Program-made: the position numbers and the translations under genes | In this document: piece by piece, positions 1 through 7,927 of the stretch | How positions within the stretch are numbered: position 1 is the first letter of the stretch | Layout: every line of letters starts with the position of its first letter | From: Acidimicrobiaceae bacterium | Lineage (GTDB): Bacteria > Actinomycetota > Acidimicrobiia > Acidimicrobiales > Bog-793 | DNA: 45,872 nt | Direction of reading: 5' to 3' | Assembly: GCA_027335685.1 (NCBI GenBank) | Contig: DAHWHN010000132.1 | Span: forward strand, 1 to 45,872 | The notes under the pieces: generated by a model | The model's database searches: none | What the model was told of the DNA's origin: nothing | Seen by the model: only the letters and a program-made list of their open reading frames with translations

Positions 1-2
1 CC

Positions 3-188
3 CCCGGAGGTGGCACGGGTGGCACCGGTGGCGCTGGTGGCGCTGGCGGCCCCGGCGGAGCGGGTGGCCCCGGAGGTGGCACGGGTGGCACGGGTGGCGC
101 TGGCGGACTCTTGAACGGAAACGGCGGCTCCGGCGGAGCGGGTGGTGCCCCCGGAGGCGGCACGGGCGGAGCCGGCGGAGCACGGTAG
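3..188 (+). CDS. glycine-rich PGRS-like repeat protein, C-terminal fragment (5' end outside window)
   Basis: Frame 3 reads PGGGTGGTGGAGGAGGPGGAGGPGGGTGGTGGAGGLLNGNGGSGGAGGAPGGGTGGAGGAR, then TAG at 186-188. A 24-nt block at 2-25 is repeated exactly at 68-91. It is absent from the ORF track because no start codon lies in the window. Confidence 0.45.
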   Translation, partial: PGGGTGGTGGAGGAGGPGGAGGPGGGTGGTGGAGGLLNGNGGSGGAGGAPGGGTGGAGGAR

Positions 189-195
189 TCTCCGG

Positions 196-239
196 CGCGG
201 TCGGAGCCGAGCTACCCAGAGGAGCGACAGCCGACCGCG
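196..239. terminator. GC-rich inverted repeat between convergent gene ends (possible bidirectional terminator)
   Basis: CGCGGTCGG (196-204) pairs with CCGACCGCG (231-239) around a 26-nt loop. It lies between the TAG at 186-188 and the minus-strand stop at 254-256. There is no U-tract. Confidence 0.25.
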
Positions 240-253
240 GGCCGCGATGGCGG

Positions 254-2368
254 TCAGGAGCGCGCGAGGATCTCCGCCGAGCGCCACGCGAGCGCCATGA
301 CCGTCAGGACCGGGTTGACGGCGCCGTTCGTGACGTGGACCGAGGAGTCGGCGATCCAGAGGTTGGTGTAGCCGTGGACTCGCCCGTCGGGCGCCGTCAC
401 CGACGTCGGGGGGTCCGCGCCCATGCGGGCCGTGCCGGCCTGGTGCTGGCCGGCGCTCAAGCCCGTGGGAACCGGTGCGCGCCAGGTGCGCAGGGCCCCG
501 GCTTCTGTGAGCCAGGCCTCCGCCCGCTCGCCGAGCAGCGCAGCGGTGCGCGCCGTCTCGGGATGGACGCTGCCGGAGAGCATCGCGACGGCGAGGCCGT
601 AGCGGTCCCGGACCCTCGGCGAGAGACGGACCCGTGAGCTCGCCACCGGGATCTCCTCGGTCGGCCCCATGACGTGGAGCGTCCGCCGGTAGCCGGCGCG
701 CATCGCCTCCTTGCCCGCGAGCCCCCAGCGCGGCGCGTCGGGTGCCAGGCCGTTCGCGAGGTACGACAGGGGCAGCGGGACGAACTCGTTCGCGAGCATC
801 CCGCCGCCGACAACCCCCGGGTTGCCGTGCGCGAACCCGCAGGCGGCCACGGCGGGGCCGGGACCGAGCCCGTCGCGCACCGGCTCGGCGAACAGCCCGA
901 ACGCCCCGGTGTAGCAGTGGCCCTGGAGGTGGCGCCCCACTTGGTCACAGCGGTTGCCGAGGCCCGCTGGCTCGGCGTCGGTCGCGCTGGCGAGCAGGAG
1001 CCTGGCGGTCTCGATCGCTCCGGCTGCGAGCACGACGTGGCCGGCGCGCAGCGTCCTCGGCGCGCCGTCGCGGTCGACGGCGATGACCCCGGCCACGGTT
1101 CCCGGCGCGCCGACGAGGACGCGCGCGACGAGAGCTCCGGTCGCGATGTCGCAGCGACCCGTCGCGAGCGCGCGCGGGATCGCCGTGTTGTGCGTGCCGT
1201 TCTTCGCGTCGAGGTGGCAGGCGAACCCGACGCACATCCCGCACCGCTCGCAGGCAGGCCGGCCGTCGCGGGGGGTCGTGTTGCACAGCAGCGGAGGCGG
1301 CCCGACCTCCCAGCCGAGGCGCCGCGCCGCGTCGCGAAGGAGGACGGCCTCGGCGCTCGCCGGGAAGGCGGGCATCGGGTAGCCCCGGCTGCGAGGTCCC
1401 CGGCTCGACGCGTGGGCGCCGCCGTCGCCCGCCACGCCGACCGTCCACTCGACGTCGCCGTAGTAGGGCTCGAGATCGTCGTAGCCGATCGGCCAGTCGG
1501 CGAGCGAGCTCTCCTCCGGCACGCCGTAGCGGGTCGCCATCGCGAAGTCGTCGGGGAAGAAGCGCCACGCCTGGCCTCCGAAGACGCGGGTGCCGCCTCC
1601 GAGCGTGGCCGCGTTGTTGTGGTAGCCGGGCTCGTGCGGCGCGGTCGTGACCTCGTCGCCGTCGGGCCCGACCAGGCTGCGCGGGTGGCCGGTCGGCGGC
1701 GGCCCGGTGCTGCAGCCGTAGCGGCTGAGGCGGTGGTTGCGGAGGTGGTCGGTACCGACCTGCACCGCGTTCAGCCACTCGCCGCGCTCGAGCACGGCGA
1801 CGCGCAGGCCCGCCGTCGCGAGGACCGCTGCGGCGACGCCGCCGCCGGCGCCCGCCCCGACGACGATCACGTCGTAGGTGTCGCGGAGATCGCCCAGGGC
1901 GCTGGAGCGCGGCACCGCCTCGTCGGGCAGCACCGGACGTGCGCCGACCGGTCGCGCCCGGAAGCCGACCATGTCCCACGCCGGGCGCTGGACATGCACG
2001 TCGCGTCCCGCGTCGCCGTAGTAGGCCTCGGTGACGACGAGGACGAGGGCGTCGCGAAGACGCGCTGCCGTCGGGGTCGCTGCCGCGAGAAGACCGTCTT
2101 GCACCTCGGGGGCGAGCGATGCGAAGCCCTGGCCGTGGACCCGGCGGGCCTCGCTCTCGAGCGAGTCGATGCCCGGGTCGAGGACGTCCTGCCACAGGCG
2201 CGCGTGCGCGCCCGTGGCGGCGCGGTCGAGGTCGTCGAGGACCCCCTCGTCGGTCGCCGAGGGCCAGCCGTCGCCACCCGGCACGATCCGGTCGGCCGCC
2301 GCCGCGACCACGGCGCGGCGCGCCGGGTCCGCGAGCCCGAGCGGGAGCCCCGCCGGACGACCACGCAC
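254..2368 (-). CDS. GMC-family FAD oxidoreductase fused to an N-terminal gluconate-2-dehydrogenase-subunit-3-like domain
   Basis: 704-aa ORF with a GTG start. The first ~120 aa resemble the small subunit-3 family (ends ...VVTEAYYGD). They are followed by the FAD fold YDVIVVGAGAGGGVAAAVLATAGLRVAVLERG and a GMC-type C-terminal domain (NPVLTVMALAWR). The start is 18 nt downstream of the preceding gene's stop. Confidence 0.85.
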   Translation of the reverse strand: MRGRPAGLPLGLADPARRAVVAAAADRIVPGGDGWPSATDEGVLDDLDRAATGAHARLWQDVLDPGIDSLESEARRVHGQGFASLAPEVQDGLLAAATPTAARLRDALVLVVTEAYYGDAGRDVHVQRPAWDMVGFRARPVGARPVLPDEAVPRSSALGDLRDTYDVIVVGAGAGGGVAAAVLATAGLRVAVLERGEWLNAVQVGTDHLRNHRLSRYGCSTGPPPTGHPRSLVGPDGDEVTTAPHEPGYHNNAATLGGGTRVFGGQAWRFFPDDFAMATRYGVPEESSLADWPIGYDDLEPYYGDVEWTVGVAGDGGAHASSRGPRSRGYPMPAFPASAEAVLLRDAARRLGWEVGPPPLLCNTTPRDGRPACERCGMCVGFACHLDAKNGTHNTAIPRALATGRCDIATGALVARVLVGAPGTVAGVIAVDRDGAPRTLRAGHVVLAAGAIETARLLLASATDAEPAGLGNRCDQVGRHLQGHCYTGAFGLFAEPVRDGLGPGPAVAACGFAHGNPGVVGGGMLANEFVPLPLSYLANGLAPDAPRWGLAGKEAMRAGYRRTLHVMGPTEEIPVASSRVRLSPRVRDRYGLAVAMLSGSVHPETARTAALLGERAEAWLTEAGALRTWRAPVPTGLSAGQHQAGTARMGADPPTSVTAPDGRVHGYTNLWIADSSVHVTNGAVNPVLTVMALAWRSAEILARS

Positions 2369-2386
2369 GCGCGCCGGTCCCTGGCC

Positions 2387-3337
2387 TCAGTAGCCGGCGG
2401 ACGGGTCGACGACCCCGTCGAGCGGCAATCCGGCGGCCAGCCGCTCGACGTTGGTCCGGATCCGCTCGGCGAGGAGCGGACGGATCATGTCCCAGGTGTC
2501 GGCCGTGTGCGGGGTGACGAGGCACCGTGGCTCGCGCCAGAGCGGATGGCCTGGTGGCAGCGGCTCGGGATCGGTCACGTCGAGAGCCGCTCCCGCGATC
2601 GCCCCCGAGGCGAGCGCCGAGACGAGCGCCTCGGTGTCGCAGACGGCGCCGCGGGCGACGTTGACGAGCACGGCGCGGCTGTCCATACGGGCGAGCTCCG
2701 GTGCGCCGACGATGCGGGTCGTCTCGGGGGTGAGCGAGAGGGCGAGGAACACGACGAGCGCTCCGGGCAGCGCGTCGGCGAGATCGGGCGTCGTGACCGT
2801 CCGGGCTGCGCCGGCGAGGGGGACCCCGCTGCGGCGCACGACCGTCGCGCGGACGCGGAACGGCTCGAGCAGGCGGAGAAGGGCCTGCGCGATGCCGCCG
2901 CCGCCGACGATCGTGACCTGTTCGCCGAACAGCGACGTTCCTGCAGGTTCACCCCAGGTCGTCGCGCGCACCCGCTCGGGCAGCCTGCGCAAGAGCGCGA
3001 GCGCGAGCAGCAGGGCGTGCTCGGCGACGGGCTCGCCGTAGGCGCCCTTCGCGCAGGTGAAGCGGGGGCCCGAGGCGAGCACGCCTGCCGCGGCGAACCG
3101 CTCGACGCCGGCTGCGGGCAGCTGGACCCAGTCGAGCGCCGGGAGGTCGCGCAGCACCCGCGCGAGCCCGTCGACGTCGCTCCCCGCCGTCCAGACCAGC
3201 CCGTCGGGCGCCGTCGGTCCTGCCGCGTCGAGCGCGATGCCGACACCTCCGCCGGCGCGCACGGCGTCGAGCACCCACGCCTCGGCGACGGGTCCGACCG
3301 CGACGACGGGTCGGGTCGTGGCAGGCGTCCTGCTCAC
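2387..3337 (-). CDS. D-isomer-specific 2-hydroxyacid dehydrogenase family, NAD(P)-binding
   Basis: GTG at 3337-3335 overlaps the upstream TGA (3336-3334), giving a GTGA junction. Motifs seen are VTIVGGGGIAQA, LVNVARG, ALDVTDPEP and TPH. The track ORF 2387..3796 extends further 5' through Arg-rich sequence that looks non-coding. Confidence 0.85.
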   Translation of the reverse strand: MSRTPATTRPVVAVGPVAEAWVLDAVRAGGGVGIALDAAGPTAPDGLVWTAGSDVDGLARVLRDLPALDWVQLPAAGVERFAAAGVLASGPRFTCAKGAYGEPVAEHALLLALALLRRLPERVRATTWGEPAGTSLFGEQVTIVGGGGIAQALLRLLEPFRVRATVVRRSGVPLAGAARTVTTPDLADALPGALVVFLALSLTPETTRIVGAPELARMDSRAVLVNVARGAVCDTEALVSALASGAIAGAALDVTDPEPLPPGHPLWREPRCLVTPHTADTWDMIRPLLAERIRTNVERLAAGLPLDGVVDPSAGY

Positions 3338-4509
3338 GTCGCCTCGATCCCGGCTAGCGCGAGAACGTGCGCCATGCGCCGCACGGCGAGGTCGCCGTCT
3401 GCGAGCAGGCCGCAGCTGTCTGCGAGGCGGAAGCACTGCGCGAGGTGGACGACCGAGCGCCCGGACTGCAGGCCCGCGACCATCGTGAAGTGCGACTGGT
3501 GGCCGTTCAGGTAGGCGAGGAAGACGACCCCGGTCTTGTAGTACGACGTCGGCGCGCCGAAGACGTGGCGCGCAAGCGGGAGGGTCGGATCGAGGCGCCG
3601 GCGGAACCCCGCCACGTCGCCGCAGTCGAGGGCCGCGAGCGCCCAGGCAGCCGCCGGGGCGGCGAAGTCGAAGGCACCGAGCAGCGCGTCGCTGTGGCCC
3701 TCCTCGTCGCCCGCGATCGTCGTCGGGTAGCCGAAGTCGTCGCCGGTGTACATGCGCACGCCTTGCGGGAGCCGCCGACGCACGACGACCTCCCACTCCT
3801 TGTCGAGCAGGGAGAGCTTGATGCCGTCGACCTTGCCCGGGTGGTCCGCGACGATGCCGAGCAGGCAGGTCGTGGCCTGCTCGACGTCGCCTGAGCCGAA
3901 GTAGCCGGCAAGGGCCGGGTCGAACGCGTCGCCCAGCCAGTGCAGGATCGCCGGGGCCCCGAGCGAGGCGAGAACCTTGTCATAGACGTAGGCGTAGTCG
4001 TCGGGTCCCCGGGCGATCCTGCACAGCTCCCGGCTCGCCATGACGACGACGGTCGCCCCGGCCCCCTCCACGGCGGCGCACTGCTCGAGGTAGGCCGCGA
4101 CGACGTCGTCGAGCGTCCGGGCGCTGCCCGGCGGGAGGTGGTCCGGCTGCGCGCCGGCAGCGATCGCACCGCCGACGGTGCGCGCCTCGGCGGCGCTGCG
4201 GACGACGAGCTCGCGCGCGACCGCCCAGTCGAGGCCCATGCCGCGCTGCGCGGTGTCCATCGCGTCGGCCACCCCGAGACCGAGCGCCCAGAGGTGGTGG
4301 CGAAATGCGAGCGTCGCGTCCCAGTCGAGCGAAGGCGGTCCGGGCGGGGTCGTCTCGCCGAGCGGATCGGCCACCACGTGGGCCGCCGCGTAGGCGACTC
4401 GGGACGTGGCCGGCGCGGCACGTCCCGGCAGCGCGGGCGCAGCGCTGCAGACGTAGCGGCGGAGCGTGCCGTCGGGCTCGGGTAGGACGATGCTCGTCAC
4501 CGACTCCAT
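3334..4509 (-). CDS. DUF993 family protein (DHDPS-like fold, function unknown)
   Basis: 391-aa ORF. By-eye match to DUF993 proteins: RVAYAAAHVVADPL, LDWDATLAFRHHLW, AMDTAQRGMGLDW, HWLGDAFDP, YTGDDF. The ATG at 4509 overlaps the LacI 3' end by 13 nt. Confidence 0.8.
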   Translation of the reverse strand: MESVTSIVLPEPDGTLRRYVCSAAPALPGRAAPATSRVAYAAAHVVADPLGETTPPGPPSLDWDATLAFRHHLWALGLGVADAMDTAQRGMGLDWAVARELVVRSAAEARTVGGAIAAGAQPDHLPPGSARTLDDVVAAYLEQCAAVEGAGATVVVMASRELCRIARGPDDYAYVYDKVLASLGAPAILHWLGDAFDPALAGYFGSGDVEQATTCLLGIVADHPGKVDGIKLSLLDKEWEVVVRRRLPQGVRMYTGDDFGYPTTIAGDEEGHSDALLGAFDFAAPAAAWALAALDCGDVAGFRRRLDPTLPLARHVFGAPTSYYKTGVVFLAYLNGHQSHFTMVAGLQSGRSVVHLAQCFRLADSCGLLADGDLAVRRMAHVLALAGIEAT

Positions 4510-5627
4510 CCCCCTTCGCGACCATCGCCGGCACGCGGACCGCTCGGCTCGTCTCCGGAGTCTCGCGCGCCCGGTTGCGCCCGACCCGGTTGCGCCCGTC
4601 CTGGTTGCGCGGTGCTGGCGCGCACGACGAGCTCGACGCCGAGGCGCTCGTCGCGGCGGACGGGGACCGTCTCGCCGAGGACGAGCTCGACGGCGCGACG
4701 CCCGAGCTCGGCCATGGGGACGCGCACGGTCGTGAGACCTGGCTCGAGGTCACGGGCGACGGGGATGTCGTCGACGCCGCACAGGGCGACGTCGCCGGGA
4801 ACGGAGCGCCGGCGCGCGCGCAGCGCGGCGAGGGCGCCGATCGCCATCTGGTCGTTGAGCGCGACGAGGGCGGTGAGCCCCGGCATGGCATCGAGGAGCT
4901 CGGCCGCTGCCCGCTCGCCTCCGTCGCGGGAGAACGCGCCGCTTGCGAGCTGGACATGGCCGGCGTCGACTCCGGACGCGGCGAGGGCGCCGAGGAGGCC
5001 GGCGAGGCGGTCGTCGCTCGCGGTGAGCCCGCCGGGCCCCGTGATGACGGCGACCGAGCGATGGCCGAGCTCGGCGACGTGCTCGCCGAGCAGGCGACCG
5101 GCAGCGACGTTGTCCGGGCGGACGCAGTCGCCGCCGGCGAGGTGGCGGCCGACGACTGCGACCCGCCCGCCGGCGCGTTCGTAGGCGCGGAGCTCGGTTG
5201 CGAGGCGCCGGCTCGTCCCGGCGTCGCTCGAGCCGCTGCCGGCGAGGACGAGCGCCTCGACCCGCCGGGCGCGCGCCCGGCGCACGGTCTCGAGCTCCAA
5301 GGCAGGGTGCCGGCCCGTGTCGCTCACGAGGACGGTCCGGCCCGACGCCCGGGCGGACTCGAGCGCGCCGCGTGTGATCTCGGAGAAGTACGGGTCGGTG
5401 ATGTCGTGGACGACGAGCGCGATCGTGGCGTCGCGCGCGCGAGCGAGGGCCCGTGCGTGCGGGTTGGGCGTGTAGGCGAGCGCGGTCGCGGACTCGAGGA
5501 CCCGGTCGCGTAGGGTCGCGCGGACCGGCCTCGACCCGGCGAGCACGCGCGACGCGGTCGACTCCGACACGCCGGCGCGGCGCGCGACGTCGAGCAGCCG
5601 GACCTCGGCCGGCTCGAGACCGCTCAC
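4497..5627 (-). CDS. LacI-family transcriptional regulator
   Basis: HTH LLDVARRAGVSESTASRVLAG plus a sugar-binding-fold core ending ...GVELVVRAS. GTG at 5627 (residue 287 of the track ORF) overlaps the upstream TGA, giving GTGA. The C-terminal ~40 aa are low complexity (AQPGR x3). Confidence 0.9.
   Translation of the reverse strand: MSGLEPAEVRLLDVARRAGVSESTASRVLAGSRPVRATLRDRVLESATALAYTPNPHARALARARDATIALVVHDITDPYFSEITRGALESARASGRTVLVSDTGRHPALELETVRRARARRVEALVLAGSGSSDAGTSRRLATELRAYERAGGRVAVVGRHLAGGDCVRPDNVAAGRLLGEHVAELGHRSVAVITGPGGLTASDDRLAGLLGALAASGVDAGHVQLASGAFSRDGGERAAAELLDAMPGLTALVALNDQMAIGALAALRARRRSVPGDVALCGVDDIPVARDLEPGLTTVRVPMAELGRRAVELVLGETVPVRRDERLGVELVVRASTAQPGRAQPGRAQPGARDSGDEPSGPRAGDGREGGWSR
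4570..4614. repeat. 15-bp tandem repeat x3 (CCCGGTTGCGCCCGA-like)
   Basis: Units at 4570-4584, 4585-4599 and 4600-4614 (the third is diverged). On the minus strand it encodes AQPGRAQPGRAQPG in the LacI tail, just upstream of the DUF993 start. Confidence 0.7.
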
Positions 5628-6439
5628 GCGACGTGCTCGGCGAAGCGGCGGGCGACGACCGCGAGGGTCTCCTCGGGGTCCGCGTCCCACACCGCGGGGT
5701 TGAAGATCTCGACCTCCACCGGCCCGTCGTAGCCGGTGGCGTCTGCGAGGCGCAGGAAGCGCCGGAGCTCGATCGTGCCGTCGCCGAGCATCCCGCGGCC
5801 CTCGAGGGGGTGCGGCGGAGGAGCGAGCCAGTCCGCGAGCTGGACACCGAGGACCGCGCCGGTTGCGGCGGCGGTCGCAGCCTCGAGGTCCGGGTCCCAC
5901 CAGAGGTGGTAGCTGTCGAGGACGACGCCGACGCCGCCTGGGATCGAGCGCGCGAGCGCGAGCGCCTGGGGCAAGGTGACGACGACGGAGCGGTCGCCGC
6001 AGTACATCGGGTGCATCGGCTCGACCGCGAGGGGAACGCCGGCCGGCCGTGCGTACGCCGCGAGCTCGGCGAGCGCGTCGGCGACCTCGCGCCGTCCTGC
6101 AGCGAGGTCCTTGGTCGCCGCAGGGCCGCAGACGAGCACGAGCATCGCGGCCCCGATCTCGGCGGCCTCGTCGACGGCACGGCGGTTGTCGGCGGCGCGC
6201 CGGCGCCTGCTCGCGTCGTCCGGCGCGCAGAACCACCCGCCGCGGCACAGCGACGAGATCGCGACGCCGGCCGTGTGCGCGCGGGCCCCGAGACGCCCGG
6301 GCCCGTCGGGCGCGAGCCGCTCGCGCCACAGCCCGATCGCCCCGTAGCCGGCACGCGCGCAGCCCTCGATCGCCTGCGCAGTCGACCAGCGCGGGATCGT
6401 CGCCTGGTTCATCGCGAGCCTGCCGAGCGGGGCGTTCAT
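5624..6439 (-). CDS. xylose-isomerase-like TIM-barrel protein (sugar phosphate isomerase/epimerase family)
   Basis: LAMNQATI... N-terminus typical of the family, with AVEPMHP and SYHLWWD motifs. There are two in-frame ATGs (6439 and 6412) created by a 27-bp tandem duplication. The stop overlaps the LacI GTG. Confidence 0.85.
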   Translation of the reverse strand: MNAPLGRLAMNQATIPRWSTAQAIEGCARAGYGAIGLWRERLAPDGPGRLGARAHTAGVAISSLCRGGWFCAPDDASRRRRAADNRRAVDEAAEIGAAMLVLVCGPAATKDLAAGRREVADALAELAAYARPAGVPLAVEPMHPMYCGDRSVVVTLPQALALARSIPGGVGVVLDSYHLWWDPDLEAATAAATGAVLGVQLADWLAPPPHPLEGRGMLGDGTIELRRFLRLADATGYDGPVEVEIFNPAVWDADPEETLAVVARRFAEHVA

Positions 6440-6460
6440 CGCGAGCCCGCCGAGCGGAGC
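6407..6460. repeat. 27-bp tandem duplication spanning the TIM-barrel gene start
   Basis: GTTCATCGCGAGCCTGCCGAGCGGGGC (6407-6433) and GTTCATCGCGAGCCCGCCGAGCGGAGC (6434-6460). On the minus strand this duplicates LAMNAPLG and the ATG. Confidence 0.8.
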
Positions 6461-6542
6461 GCCGTCGGGATCCACGCCCGTCCAAGCCGCGCCCAGGAGG
6501 GCCGCGCCGGTCGCCGTGACGCCCGGAGGCCGTCGTCGGCCG

Positions 6543-7691
6543 TCATGCCCGGGAGCCCGGCACGTCGACCCAGCGCCGCTCGCGCGCCGACGCGAGAGCG
6601 AGCTCGGCGACCTCGACCCCGCGCGCGGCGTCCCGCAGGTCCCACGGGAACGGCTCGTCGGTGACGAGGTGGCGGAGGAAGAGCTCCCACTGGTGGCGGA
6701 ACGCGTTGACCGGGGGGCGACGACCGGGCACCTCGAGCCACGGCGCGCGCGGTGTCGTCGACGCCGCCACGTCGGGGTTCCAGACGTAGCGCGGCGTCGC
6801 GGCTCCCGGCTGGATCCTGCACTCCTGGAGCCCGGCGACGGCGCTCCCGCCCGTGCCGTCCGCATGCAGCACGAACAGGTCGTCACGGTAGGGGCGTGTG
6901 CACCAGGACGCGTTGACCTGCGCGACGGCGCCGCCGGCGAGGCGGAAGATCGCGTACGCGGCATCCTCCGCCGTCGCGTCGTAGGTCCTGCCCCCCTCGT
7001 CGACGCGCACGCTCTCGTGCGTCGCCATCTCGCACAGCACGGACTCGACGGGTGCGAAGAGGTGCTCGAGCAGGTAGCGGAAGTGGCAGAACATGTCGAG
7101 GACGATGCCGCCGCCGTCCTCGGCCCGGTAGTTCCACGACGGCCTCTGAGTCGCCCCGATCGCGTCGGGGAAGACCCAGTAGCCGAACTCGATGCGGATC
7201 GCGAGCAGGCGGCCGAGCGCGCCCGAGTCGAGGACCTCGCGGAGCTTCAACAGGCCCGGGAGGAAGAGCTTGTCCTGGACCGCGCCGTTGCGGACCCCGG
7301 CGCGTTCGGCGAGATCGGCAAGCTCGTAGCCCGCGGCGCTCGTCGTCGCCGACGGCTTCTCGCAGTAGACGTCCTTGCCCGCGGCGATCGCGAGCGCCAC
7401 GGCCTGCTCCCGGCGCGCCGTCGTCTGGGAGTCGAAGTAGACCGTGTCCGCCGGGTCCGCGAGGCACGCGTCGAGGTCGGTGCTGACGCGCTCGATGTCG
7501 TGCGCGGCGGCGAGAGACCGGAGGCGCTCGAGGTCACGCCCGACGAGCACGGGGTCCGGCCAGATCGTCACGCCACCGACCTCGAGGCCGCCGTCTGCGC
7601 GCATGGCCGCGATCGAGCGCGCGAGGTGCTGGACGCGCCCCATGCGGCCGGTGACGCCGTTCATGATGATCCCGACGCGCTGCCGTGCCAC
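6543..7691 (-). CDS. Gfo/Idh/MocA-family NAD(P)-dependent oxidoreductase
   Basis: GTG at 7691 (residue 41 of the track ORF) is preceded by GGAGGGGAGG. Rossmann N-terminus VGIIMNGVTGRMG and a VYCEKP motif are present. It is the first gene of the minus-strand operon. Confidence 0.85.
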   Translation of the reverse strand: MARQRVGIIMNGVTGRMGRVQHLARSIAAMRADGGLEVGGVTIWPDPVLVGRDLERLRSLAAAHDIERVSTDLDACLADPADTVYFDSQTTARREQAVALAIAAGKDVYCEKPSATTSAAGYELADLAERAGVRNGAVQDKLFLPGLLKLREVLDSGALGRLLAIRIEFGYWVFPDAIGATQRPSWNYRAEDGGGIVLDMFCHFRYLLEHLFAPVESVLCEMATHESVRVDEGGRTYDATAEDAAYAIFRLAGGAVAQVNASWCTRPYRDDLFVLHADGTGGSAVAGLQECRIQPGAATPRYVWNPDVAASTTPRAPWLEVPGRRPPVNAFRHQWELFLRHLVTDEPFPWDLRDAARGVEVAELALASARERRWVDVPGSRA

Positions 7692-7759
7692 GCCGCCTCC
7701 CCTCCTACGCGCTCCGGTGCCGTCGCGCCCCCAGGCAGCATCGCGTGCCGCTCCGCTTG

Positions 7760-7777
7760 CTGGCAAGCGCTTGCCAG
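7760..7777. promoter_or_regulatory. perfect 18-bp palindrome, candidate LacI-family operator
   Basis: CTGGCAAGC|GCTTGCCAG, an even-length palindrome with a central CG-rich core. It lies 69-86 nt upstream of the Gfo/Idh/MocA GTG, in the divergent region shared with rhaM. Confidence 0.5.
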
Positions 7778-7850
7778 ACGAGCCGCTTGCGGCAGCGACG
7801 TCGAGGGGCAAGGATCGGCAACCGCGGGCCGGTCCGGTTGGCTCGCGCCC

Positions 7851-7882
7851 TGGGCTCGCTCAATGGGCTCGCTCAATGGGCT
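7851..7882. repeat. 13-bp tandem repeat (TGGGCTCGCTCAA x2 plus a partial third copy)
   Basis: Units at 7851-7863 and 7864-7876 are identical, and 7877-7882 is a partial third unit. The array ends 46 nt (7883-7927) upstream of the rhaM ATG at 7928. Confidence 0.7.
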
Positions 7883-7927
7883 GGGCAGGCGCGGCCGAAG
7901 CTACCGAGCTGGGTAGACAGGAGGGGC

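Noticed and set aside
674-3514. 946-aa plus-strand ORF spanning the GMC and 2-hydroxyacid dehydrogenase loci
   Set aside because: It has Arg/Ala/Gly/Pro/Asp-rich low-complexity sequence with no recognisable domains. It lies antisense to two ORFs with clear family motifs. This is a typical shadow ORF of very high-GC DNA.
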